Virus record (IMG/VR): IMGVR_UViG_3300025131_000020
Length of the DNA: 64,000 nucleotides
Strand: one strand, 5' to 3'
DNA from: an uncultured virus (IMG/VR IMGVR_UViG_3300025131_000020)
Lineage: Duplodnaviria > Heunggongvirae > Uroviricota > Caudoviricetes
Under the pieces are notes generated by a model, which ran no database searches, was not told the DNA's origin, and saw only the letters and a program-made list of their open reading frames with translations. Below, piece after piece: positions 20,482 to 28,925 of this stretch; the stretch's first letter is position 1; each line of letters starts with the position of its first letter. Both the position numbers and the translations under genes were made by a program.

Positions 20482-21666
20482 TCACCCCATAAAAATTGAC
20501 CACCCATTTGGCATGGGTGAAAATCTAAGTTGCTTTTGAATAGATTCTGCTCGTGCAGAAGCAGTTTCCATGATTTTATCATAAGTCAGCGTATCAAGCA
20601 TTTCCTTAAGCTGTGTAACTAAAGTGTCCCTATCTGACCTTCCCTGTGTAACTAAATCACCTCCATTTAGTGTTACATCTGCTCCGGGAACTGGAATATT
20701 TCCAAATTTTGACCTGATCAACCCCAATTGCTCTCTTGACAGTGCCAGAGAATATTGTCTAATCCACTGCCTTCCGATGCTGTTAATTTTATTATAGTTT
20801 AAATTTCCAAATGGAATGTTGGAAAGATTACTAACACCCCCGATTGTCTCATCATGATATGCTGGATTAAGTGGATCAGGATGATACATGACTCTAAGGA
20901 ATAGGCTTTTAGGATTAGCGCTAGTTGGTGTTGGATATATTCTAATGTGTTTGCCTACAACCTTGTAAGAATAATTTGATCTACGAACTCTATTTGATAA
21001 ATCAAGCTGACCTGCTCTAAGAATATCTTCAAAGACTGGAAGGACATAAAATATTGTCTCAGGAGTAAATGATTCAAATGAAAATTCATTATTCAAATAA
21101 TTTATTGCGCTTGTTGTGTCAAAGAATCTATACGCAGCCTCTGGGCCAAAGTGAAATACCTCACTAATCTTGATCTTTGTCCTTGGCGCTGCATTTGATG
21201 AAGATGTAAACATGACATTGTCATTAAAGTCTTTGAGCTCTGAATATATGTCATAATCCTGCCTTCCTTTTTCTAGCTGGATTGATCCAGAAAACATTTC
21301 ATATGATCCACCGACACCTGCCTCCATCGCATAGGGCTCAGCGAATCTAATCAAATATTCAAGATTTTCTCTGGGATACTTTCCCTCTGATCCGGACATA
21401 TGTCCATCAGATCCAGTTGTAGGCATTCCTAAAAATTGTATCAATTGTGATTTTGCTTGATATTGATTCAGAATAGAGCCGTATTCTAGACAAGACTCTT
21501 CAAGATTTGCCCAAATCTGCTTTTTTGTTAACTCAACAGACAGAATGTCATCACCCATCTTTCTCTTAACAAAAGTGACAACATTATCTGCCTCTGCCTG
21601 AAAATCTGTATCGGCATCAAAGAAGCCAAAAGGTGTGGGAGAGGTTGTATTAGCAAAGGTTGTCAT
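20482..21666 (-). CDS. Neck / head-tail adaptor protein (gp13-like); start revised to ATG 21666 (MTTFANT...)
   Basis: KRKMGDDILSVELTKKQI..QWIRQYSLALSREQLGLIRSKF..VPGADVTLNG; GGAG SD and an ATACTTA motif (21703-21697) lie just upstream of 21666, inside the longer ORF-track call. Confidence 0.75.
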   Translation of the reverse strand: MTTFANTTSPTPFGFFDADTDFQAEADNVVTFVKRKMGDDILSVELTKKQIWANLEESCLEYGSILNQYQAKSQLIQFLGMPTTGSDGHMSGSEGKYPRENLEYLIRFAEPYAMEAGVGGSYEMFSGSIQLEKGRQDYDIYSELKDFNDNVMFTSSSNAAPRTKIKISEVFHFGPEAAYRFFDTTSAINYLNNEFSFESFTPETIFYVLPVFEDILRAGQLDLSNRVRRSNYSYKVVGKHIRIYPTPTSANPKSLFLRVMYHPDPLNPAYHDETIGGVSNLSNIPFGNLNYNKINSIGRQWIRQYSLALSREQLGLIRSKFGNIPVPGADVTLNGGDLVTQGRSDRDTLVTQLKEMLDTLTYDKIMETASARAESIQKQLRFSPMPNGWSIFMG

Positions 21667-21805
21667 TGACACTCCAGATAACGGTTCAACTATCCATAAG
21701 TATGGACTCAAACAGGAGAATCAACAATGAAAAACGCTAATCTAGCTCACTACTAGGATGTCTTCAGCATATTTGAATAAGAGATTCTAAAAGATTTCTT
21801 ATTTT

Positions 21806-23038
21806 TTACTCAATTCCGCCCAATGCTGAAATAGCAACAAGTCCCGGCAGGCCCTCTCTAACATAGACACCTGAGAATAGTGCGTCGGTTCTTCCGCCGA
21901 CATATGAAATTGCTGCCTCAAGCTGTGTACTAATGGATGGATCAGATGCCATAGCTTCTGTTACAACAAGCAAAAGAACACCCGTCTTTATCTTACCGCT
22001 TGGAGATGGACAGGGAGACTTTGTCATACAATTTTGATAAATCATAGACCCTAGATTTGAATCACTTGGATCTTTAACCACTGTAGTTCCGAGAAAAAGC
22101 CTTCCGCTTGTTGAGAGACATGCCTCGAGATCTTTGGAGTCAAATGTCTGAATCGGGGATGACTCAGACGATAGCTTCAGAACTTGTGCAATAAGCTTGG
22201 CAAAATTCTTGTTAGCTGTTGGATAGAGACCTAGCATTCCGACCTTACCCCTTAAGAGCTGAAGCTGTCGTTCATTGTCTATGACTACATGCACTGATCC
22301 AGAGACATCCGAGAGCAGTGCCTCATAGTTCTTCTTAATGGTGGGATTCAATAGCTCCTGAGCTGTAGGAGAGGTCACGACATAGACAACATTTCCTGAT
22401 GCAGAAACTGACTTAAGATATCTTTGGAGAGCTGAATCTAGTGAATGACATGAGCTTCCTGTTCCCCCGCCGCCGCCTGCAAGAACAAATAGCCAGTCAA
22501 CTCTTCCGACCCTGGAACGAAGATGATCTTCAACAAGTGCACTATTGTTAGATAGAATTTGTCGACCTAGCTCAACATTCTTTCCCACACCGTCTGCACC
22601 CGGAATTAAAAGAAAGTGGTCTGGATCCAGGCCTGTTGGCTGATCTTTATCTGTAGTATTTACCACAAGTGTCTGTGTGAATCCCATATCAATAAATGCC
22701 TTTGCCATCTTTCCGCCACCGCCGCCGACACCTATGAAACCTACAGAAAGAGATGAAGGTGCTGAATTTTCAGGAAGAAGTGTTTCCGCTCCACTGTCTA
22801 CAGCATCATCATAATCTGCTACAAAGTCAAAATCATCATTAGTATTTGTCATATTTCTTTCAATCTCCCTTTTGGGTGAGCCTGTGTCATGCTCTTGTTT
22901 GCTATTATCGTCTAAAGCTAGGTTATTTTCCATCATATCTTCATCGGCGTAAAATTTAGAAGATGTTTCTTTCTTTTCACGCTTTTTTATTGGCTTTTCT
23001 CTATGATCTTTTCTTAGGTTTCTTACACCAGATGCCAT
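21806..23038 (-). CDS. Tubulin/FtsZ-superfamily GTPase (PhuZ/TubZ/CetZ-like), 410 aa; possible second start at 22852
   Basis: T1 loop IGVGGGGGK, T2 VNTTDKD, T3 GADGVGKN, signature loop AGGGGGTGS, IDNE, T7-like TFDSKDL. Confidence 0.85.
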   Translation of the reverse strand: MASGVRNLRKDHREKPIKKREKKETSSKFYADEDMMENNLALDDNSKQEHDTGSPKREIERNMTNTNDDFDFVADYDDAVDSGAETLLPENSAPSSLSVGFIGVGGGGGKMAKAFIDMGFTQTLVVNTTDKDQPTGLDPDHFLLIPGADGVGKNVELGRQILSNNSALVEDHLRSRVGRVDWLFVLAGGGGGTGSSCHSLDSALQRYLKSVSASGNVVYVVTSPTAQELLNPTIKKNYEALLSDVSGSVHVVIDNERQLQLLRGKVGMLGLYPTANKNFAKLIAQVLKLSSESSPIQTFDSKDLEACLSTSGRLFLGTTVVKDPSDSNLGSMIYQNCMTKSPCPSPSGKIKTGVLLLVVTEAMASDPSISTQLEAAISYVGGRTDALFSGVYVREGLPGLVAISALGGIE

Positions 23039-23054
23039 GAATTACCCCTGTATT

Positions 23055-23061
23055 TAAATAT
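23055..23061 (-). promoter_or_regulatory. ATANTTA putative late-promoter motif (ATATTTA)
   Basis: Between terminator and the ATG at 23038 of the tubulin-like gene. Confidence 0.5.
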
Positions 23062-23090
23062 TCATAAGATCATAAAAGGCATAGACGCTA

Positions 23091-23123
23091 TAAAAGCACC
23101 CCCTGTAAAAAGAGGTGCTTTTA
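23091..23123 (-). terminator. Intrinsic terminator-like hairpin after the 187-aa gene
   Basis: TAAAAGCACC...GGTGCTTTTA inverted repeat with A/T tracts on both sides. Confidence 0.65.
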
Positions 23124-23148
23124 ATAATTGAATTACTAGACTAAGGCA

Positions 23149-23712
23149 TCAGGTAAAGATTGCTGTACCGTCACCGTTGGCATCTGCAGTTCCCATAACT
23201 CCCTCAACAAGCCAGACCAGCTTTGCGCCACCACCAGCCTGTGTATTACCAGTTAGGACGGCTGTGAGTCTAACCCATGCACCGAGAGCACCAGCACCGT
23301 TTGCGAGGTTATCATCAAATGTGATCTGTGTATCTGTGCTTCCTGCAGCGACAAAAACCTTTGCGCCGTTCTCAGCAGCAGTCGGGAGGTTTGCAACACC
23401 ACCGACCCAGTAGTCATTATTATAGGCTGTATTAATGGTTCTATCAGCAGTACTAGCAACTGTTTCAATGATAAGGTATGTGCAACCGAGCATATCTGAA
23501 GTCACCTTTGGCATTGTTATCGTTGTCGCAGCATCCTCATCAAGAAGTACAACACATCCGCTGTCTCCCTTCTTCAGGGTGTAAGCGTCAGATGTGAAGG
23601 CGCTTGCACGAAGGACCTTTCTTCTTGCTCCTCTAAGCTCTCCATCGATATCAAGTCCAGATCCGGCTTCCTGATAAAGACCTTTTGAATCACTATATTT
23701 TACATTTGGCAT
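23149..23712 (-). CDS. Putative head decoration / minor virion protein, 187 aa
   Basis: Strong AAGGAG SD, own motif and terminator, Ala/Gly/Thr-rich beta-type sequence (YTLKKGDSGCVVLLD..TITMP); near the MCP; function inferred. Confidence 0.5.
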   Translation of the reverse strand: MPNVKYSDSKGLYQEAGSGLDIDGELRGARRKVLRASAFTSDAYTLKKGDSGCVVLLDEDAATTITMPKVTSDMLGCTYLIIETVASTADRTINTAYNNDYWVGGVANLPTAAENGAKVFVAAGSTDTQITFDDNLANGAGALGAWVRLTAVLTGNTQAGGGAKLVWLVEGVMGTADANGDGTAIFT

Positions 23713-23800
23713 AATTTTCTCCTTTTAATAGGTGTTAAATCTACATGCTTCCGGTGCTAACGTGTAGGTTCCGCCTTATACCATACACCGGGCTTAATAT

Positions 23801-23807
23801 TAAGTAT
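23801..23807 (-). promoter_or_regulatory. ATANTTA putative late-promoter motif (ATACTTA) before an ~88-nt structured leader
   Basis: Just after the sulfotransferase stop codon. Confidence 0.5.
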
Positions 23808-23812
23808 TCAAA

Positions 23813-24691
23813 CTAAAACGAATAATTAAAATTATTTATCCACATAGACAGTTTATTCTCTATGTGGGATAGAGACCATCTATTAAAATACTCACGATAT
23901 GGAATCTTGCTCTTTCTCTGGCTGCTCTTTAGCCTGGGAAGGATTGACTTCTCAATCATGAGTGAATCACACAGACTGTCATAGTCATTTTGAAGATTTT
24001 CATATCTTAGAATATTATCATAATCTATGTCATAGAATCTCTCATTCATTCCTATAAACCAATCTAGGACATTCTTATCCTTCTCAAGTCCAAGTGGTCC
24101 GTTAAAATTTCCAGAAAGCTGTAAAAATATCTCTAGCTTTTGCCTAAGTGATTCTGCACTGTCTAGCGGTGTTGGAGCAACTTCTGGATGACTTCTTTGA
24201 CTAAACCCAGTACTCATATTGCGGGCGTGTGGAACACCACTGGGATCAATATATCCAGCCGGTGTAGTGTAAAATGACCACCAAAAGAAAGACACGATCA
24301 TATCCCATGGATTTCTAACAATCGTAATCTTTCTATACCCCGATACATCTCTCTCATACTTTTTAAACACCTGATGTGGGAGAGCATGCATGTGAAATCT
24401 TGGCTCGGGGACCTCAACAAATACACCAGACTTAATCATATCAGGTGTAACTTTGTGAATGTTTCCACTTTTGCTCAATGCAGCTAATGCAACTTCATTT
24501 TTTAACCTGTGTTTGACAATATTGTTTCTTGTTGGATACGAATATTCCTGTGAAGTGATCTCGTCAAAATGATTTGTTCCGGTTAGGACGTCACCGCTGT
24601 CACAATGTTTGCTCAGTGAAACCTCTACACTGGAGCCTGCAACCTTCATAGGCTTAAAGAATATAAAATTATTTTTATGTGAAATAATCAT
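23813..24691 (-). CDS. Sulfotransferase (Sulfotransfer_2-like family), 292 aa
   Basis: MIISHKNNFIFFKPMKVAGSSV (5'-PSB loop), KITIVRNPWDMIVSFF (3'-PB motif RxP..S), ILRYENLQNDY. Confidence 0.8.
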   Translation of the reverse strand: MIISHKNNFIFFKPMKVAGSSVEVSLSKHCDSGDVLTGTNHFDEITSQEYSYPTRNNIVKHRLKNEVALAALSKSGNIHKVTPDMIKSGVFVEVPEPRFHMHALPHQVFKKYERDVSGYRKITIVRNPWDMIVSFFWWSFYTTPAGYIDPSGVPHARNMSTGFSQRSHPEVAPTPLDSAESLRQKLEIFLQLSGNFNGPLGLEKDKNVLDWFIGMNERFYDIDYDNILRYENLQNDYDSLCDSLMIEKSILPRLKSSQRKSKIPYREYFNRWSLSHIENKLSMWINNFNYSF

Positions 24692-24697
24692 TTAAAA

Positions 24698-24726
24698 ATC
24701 TTACCGATTCTTCTAAAATCAGTTAA
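24698..24726 (-). promoter_or_regulatory. sigma70-like promoter (TTAACT-N17-TAAGAT), 6 nt before the sulfotransferase ATG
   Basis: 17-nt spacer, no SD before the ATG, immediately after the MCP terminator. Confidence 0.5.
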
Positions 24727-24731
24727 CAAAT

Positions 24732-24762
24732 AAAAAAAGAGGCGGCCCCGAAGAGCCGCCTC
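24732..24762 (-). terminator. Rho-independent terminator after the major capsid gene
   Basis: GAGGCGGCTC-TTCG-GGGCCGCCTC stem with cUUCGg loop followed by T7. Confidence 0.9.
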
Positions 24763-24783
24763 AGCTTTAGCTATGTTGTTATC

Positions 24784-26724
24784 TTAGATAACGTCCATAT
24801 CCATACATGTTACTGTACCGTAGAAGTCAGCACGAACCATCTTCTTGCCGTACCGGGTCATCACGCCCTTACGGGGTGTGAAGTCTTCCGGCTGGAAGAT
24901 AGTAGGAGTGACGATCAGCGGTACGTAAGGTGCGTATACGTAACCTGTCTCTAGATAGCTTCCACCCTTGTAGCCGACGAGGACCTTGTTCCGTGGGAAG
25001 TACGGATCCTTGTAGACTGTGAAGCGGTTGCTTAGAGAACCGATCTGTGCAGCACCCAGTGAGAATGGAGCACCAACCTGTCCGTCGCCGTCGATCTTGA
25101 GTGATGGCTTGTAGAGAACCGATGACTCGAAGATTGTAGCAACATCTGGTGAGGTCACGAGGAAGTTAGCGGAACCACGAAGTGTCTTTCTGTGGATCTC
25201 GTTAGCAACATCGATGATTGTCTCAACTAGTGTCTCGTACCATTCGCGAACAGTACCAGTAAACTGAGGACCTGAAGCTAGTGAACTAGCCTTGGTGGCT
25301 TCAGCGCCTGATCTCTTGTTAACAAACTTACCTGGTAGACGTGACCAGTAGTAGTTAGCTCCCTGTGCTTCAACGAGTAGATCATTAAGAATCTCTCTAT
25401 CGATCTCGAGTGCGACCTGCTCTGAGAGGATCTGTGTGAGCTCAACCTCAGCGTCAAGGCTGTGGTAAGCATTCAGGTCCTGAGCAAGTTCTGGTGACCA
25501 GCGAGCACGTAGCTTACGGGTTACCGCTGTAACAGCGATTGACTCGATCTTGATGTCGATCTCAGGGATGATCGGTGAAGGTGAGGATGAACTGAAGTTG
25601 GACTCAAACGATGGAATCGTAAGAGCTGCACCGTCAGAACTATCAACAGTAAGTGTTGGCGAGATCACATAAGAAGCTGTGATCAGAACCTGGTGAGGAA
25701 CTGTTCTAACTCTTGTTGCACCTGACACGACTGTCAGTAGAACACCGTTTGATGTATTTCTATCAGCAAATGGATTTGATGTGAATATACCAGTGTTTGA
25801 GTTGTATGTACCAAGCTGATTCAGACGTCGAACATTTAGAATTCCGTTTCCTGCCTGTATTGAATCAGGTATGTCACAGTATCCTAGCTCTGTTGTAGAT
25901 GTTGGATCTACACCGGCAGCTGTAGTTGAGAAAAGACCAACTTCTTTTGCCTGTGTAAGATCAATGCTTGATGGGAATGAACTCAGGTTCCATAGAACGA
26001 ATGAGAATATTCCATCTCCGTTCTGACCAGGGTCGCCTTCAATAAGTCTTGTAAGCTGTGGATCGAACTGAAGAAGTTTTCCATCTGTACCTGTTGCAAC
26101 TGCTTTCGTAGCAACTGTAATTGCATCAGCAGTATTTCCATATGCACCAGAAGCTGCAACGGTAATTGCCTCAGTGGTCTTGTGAACCTTAGTGAATCCA
26201 GCGCCAACTAGGTCGTAATGGCCTCCAACTGCAGTAGAGCCTGAACGGACTCCCTTTCCAGTAGGAAGGTTGTAGATTGACTGACCCATCTTATAGGTCT
26301 GAGCATCTGCTGAACCGGCAGCGCCAGTAGCATTGTTAGTATCACCACCACGACGTGAGCCGTATGTGTAGTCCAGATAGAAGAGCAGACCGGAAGGAAG
26401 GCTCATTGGCTGGATTGAAACAAGCTCATTTGCAACCAGACCGCCGAAAACACGACGAACGATTGGGAAAGCAATGTTGGTGAACCCTTGAAGGTCACCA
26501 GAAGCTGAACCAGCACCAGCACCGGTACCAACAGAGTTTGCCTCTCTAAGTAGCTGTGCAGCCTGGTTTTCTAAAAGGCTTGCCATGTTCTCTCGGTGCT
26601 GTCCGTCAAGACCTCTGAGAAGACCGGTACGTGACCACTTCTCAACAAGTCTTCTGTTCTGTGCACCCAGGTGACGCTGACGAATGCCTTCTGTTAATTG
26701 ATTTAACGTAAAGGATTTACTCAT
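24784..26724 (-). CDS. Major capsid protein (T4 gp23 family), 646 aa
   Basis: LVEKWS..MASLLENQ..FPIVRRVFGGLVANELVSIQPMSLPSGLLFYLD; TRKLRARWSPELAQDLNAYHSLDAEVELTQILSEQVALEIDREIL; YAPYVPL..FTPRKGVMTRY. Confidence 0.95.
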   Translation of the reverse strand: MSKSFTLNQLTEGIRQRHLGAQNRRLVEKWSRTGLLRGLDGQHRENMASLLENQAAQLLREANSVGTGAGAGSASGDLQGFTNIAFPIVRRVFGGLVANELVSIQPMSLPSGLLFYLDYTYGSRRGGDTNNATGAAGSADAQTYKMGQSIYNLPTGKGVRSGSTAVGGHYDLVGAGFTKVHKTTEAITVAASGAYGNTADAITVATKAVATGTDGKLLQFDPQLTRLIEGDPGQNGDGIFSFVLWNLSSFPSSIDLTQAKEVGLFSTTAAGVDPTSTTELGYCDIPDSIQAGNGILNVRRLNQLGTYNSNTGIFTSNPFADRNTSNGVLLTVVSGATRVRTVPHQVLITASYVISPTLTVDSSDGAALTIPSFESNFSSSSPSPIIPEIDIKIESIAVTAVTRKLRARWSPELAQDLNAYHSLDAEVELTQILSEQVALEIDREILNDLLVEAQGANYYWSRLPGKFVNKRSGAEATKASSLASGPQFTGTVREWYETLVETIIDVANEIHRKTLRGSANFLVTSPDVATIFESSVLYKPSLKIDGDGQVGAPFSLGAAQIGSLSNRFTVYKDPYFPRNKVLVGYKGGSYLETGYVYAPYVPLIVTPTIFQPEDFTPRKGVMTRYGKKMVRADFYGTVTCMDMDVI

Positions 26725-26750
26725 CTTAATTTCTCCTAAGTTTGATGAAT

Positions 26751-28190
26751 TTATTTGTTAATTCCCGCGAGTGTTGCCCACCTACTGACCTCTGCTACCT
26801 GACTATTGGTAGATGAAGCCTGACGTGTGGCTCGCGATGCGGAACCGAGATTTCTTCGGACCGCTGACTCATTCAGCGTTCTTCCACTCTTTCGATTCCC
26901 GATAGACTCGGCAAGGCTCTTATAAAGGAGCTTTACCTCCCGAAGGCTTCGAGCGCTATCGAGAGCCTCTATTATGGATCGACGCTGCGATGATGAGACA
27001 TCTCCGTTCTGAAGCATCTTATTTACATAAAGAAGCTTCGCATTGAACAGATTCATCTCTGTTAATTGCTCACGAAGTGATTGAACTGCACTTCTGTATT
27101 CATCGAGCTTAGAGCCCAAGGATCGATTTTGACGTCCTTGATTTAAGATAGCTCTGCGCAACTTTCGATTCTCTTGTGTGACGTCTCCGCTTCCCTCTTC
27201 GAGCTGGTGAGTTTTCTTACCACCGCCTTCTGAGAGATTCTTCATACGTCTAATTTCTGATCTAAGCATGTCTAGATCAACTTCGACTGTTTCTGCTAGG
27301 TCATCTACACCTGCCGGTGCTTCAGCCCCGAGATCTTCAATGCCAGGTTCCAGTTCAGCTTCAGCCTCGCCGCCGCCGACGGCACCAGCTATTGCATCTT
27401 CAAGGGCTGCAATAGCGTCATCTATCGCAGGAGGAAGCTCAGGGCCCTCATCAGCAGGTAGGGCACCGGGATCTTCAGCTGGTAAAGCAGCAGGATCTTC
27501 TTCAGCTGGTAAGGCAGCTTCATCATCCTGCTCTAGAAGCTTATAGATCTCAGACATTGGATCTGATGATTCTTCATGATCATCCTCTGTCATAGAGCTC
27601 ATAAGCTCTCTAATTGCCTTCTCTTCTAAGTCAGCCTCATTGACATTATTTGATGACTCAAATAGGCCACTTGTAATGTCATTAAGATCGACTTCATAAA
27701 GAGTCTCATTCTTTCTTGGCATTTCAGAATTCTCCTTAATATTAATATTATTTAATTCCTGCCCTATAACTATGTCATCGTGGGATAAAGTTCCCACATC
27801 TTTCTTAAGCTTTCTAGTTATCTCTAAAAGTTTTTCTCTTTCTCTTGAATTAAGATTTTGAGCTGTTTCACTAAGTGCATTCTCAAATTTTCTTTTTTCA
27901 ACATCCCTTAGATCGTCATTAGAATCTATAATTCCCATCAAAGCATCAAGAGCACCTTCACTTAATACAACATCAGAGCCAGACTCATCTATTTGACTCA
28001 TTGCACGTGAAATATCCTCTAATAGACTTTCATCTTTCTCGCTGTTTGCATCATTGATTAGTTGATCTTCTATAAATTTCCTAATCTTTGGTGTAACAGC
28101 TTCAATAATTGCCTGCTTTGCATTTTTCTCTGCAAGTTCTCTAAGTTTTTTAGCATCTGCAATCGCTTCATCATAAAGTGTATTAGACAT
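26751..28190 (-). CDS. Prohead scaffolding/core protein (gp22-like role), 479 aa
   Basis: Directly upstream of MCP; acidic, coiled-coil; LYDEAIADAKKLRE, LTEMNLFNAKLLY, C-terminal RWATLAGI; many LxE motifs. Confidence 0.75.
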   Translation of the reverse strand: MSNTLYDEAIADAKKLRELAEKNAKQAIIEAVTPKIRKFIEDQLINDANSEKDESLLEDISRAMSQIDESGSDVVLSEGALDALMGIIDSNDDLRDVEKRKFENALSETAQNLNSREREKLLEITRKLKKDVGTLSHDDIVIGQELNNINIKENSEMPRKNETLYEVDLNDITSGLFESSNNVNEADLEEKAIRELMSSMTEDDHEESSDPMSEIYKLLEQDDEAALPAEEDPAALPAEDPGALPADEGPELPPAIDDAIAALEDAIAGAVGGGEAEAELEPGIEDLGAEAPAGVDDLAETVEVDLDMLRSEIRRMKNLSEGGGKKTHQLEEGSGDVTQENRKLRRAILNQGRQNRSLGSKLDEYRSAVQSLREQLTEMNLFNAKLLYVNKMLQNGDVSSSQRRSIIEALDSARSLREVKLLYKSLAESIGNRKSGRTLNESAVRRNLGSASRATRQASSTNSQVAEVSRWATLAGINK

Positions 28191-28210
28191 ACGTAACGCT
28201 CCTCAAAATT

Positions 28211-28217
28211 TAATTAT
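28211..28217 (-). promoter_or_regulatory. ATANTTA putative late-promoter motif (ATAATTA)
   Basis: Upstream of the GAGGAG SD of the scaffold-MCP unit. Confidence 0.5.
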
Positions 28218-28251
28218 TTCACACCAGCATAAACTACAAAGACATTTCAAC

Positions 28252-28923
28252 TTAAGATAGCTTTTTTGATCTATTTTTTTGTTTTTCTACAGCCTTTTTA
28301 GCTCGTGCGACAGCTTTATCATCAGGATATAGGATATCTTCAAGAGTGTAAGCTGTAATATCTTCACCAGGATCTTCATCAATTGACCCTAGATATAGGG
28401 GGGCTCTAGATGTTCCGTATTGTGTTCCTGTCCTCTTGAGTGGGCCCGGATTAAACGCAACATTTGCAGATGATCCTCCCACAGCAGGTCCATCAAAGCT
28501 TCCGTAGAGCTCGCTCTTTGGTATAGGAGAAATTGTTCCATGAAGCCTATCTCCCTTTCTCATGGAAATATTTGACTCTGGAATTCTAATTCTTTGATTT
28601 GATACAAATGAAGCCCTGTCCTGTCTTCTTGAGGGATCATTTCTATATACACCCATGTTAACCATTCTAACAAATCTATCTAAAGACTCTGTATCTTCAT
28701 CAAATGGACCGTCAGTGTCTTCAATGTCTGATGGCTCTTCAACATACGGATAAACTGACCCTTTTTGATATGTGATATCAAACTTTGGATCTATTGTGCC
28801 GTATCCGGCACCCTTTCTATCGTCATATGGGGTATATGCTGTTGCAGGGGGTCCTTTTATGCCAGCCTGTCTTGAGCCGAGCACTCTTTTTCTTCTTTCA
28901 GCAAGAATGCTCTTTTTCTTCAA
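28252..28923 (-). CDS. Hypothetical head-module protein, 223 aa
   Basis: Tightly packed ORF in the head cluster; TTG start uncertain. Confidence 0.6.
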   Translation of the reverse strand: MKKKSILAERRKRVLGSRQAGIKGPPATAYTPYDDRKGAGYGTIDPKFDITYQKGSVYPYVEEPSDIEDTDGPFDEDTESLDRFVRMVNMGVYRNDPSRRQDRASFVSNQRIRIPESNISMRKGDRLHGTISPIPKSELYGSFDGPAVGGSSANVAFNPGPLKRTGTQYGTSRAPLYLGSIDEDPGEDITAYTLEDILYPDDKAVARAKKAVEKQKNRSKKLS

Positions 28924-28925
28924 CT

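Noticed and set aside
21667..21711. 15-aa N-terminal extension of the neck protein in the ORF track
   Set aside because: It contains the ATACTTA motif and the GGAG SD for ATG 21666, so it is more likely untranslated leader
21806..23038. Host ftsZ or evidence of a nucleus-forming phiKZ-like phage
   Set aside because: No dcw-cluster context and no FtsZ C-terminal peptide; the head module is T4-like and no chimallin is recognisable here (rest of genome unseen)
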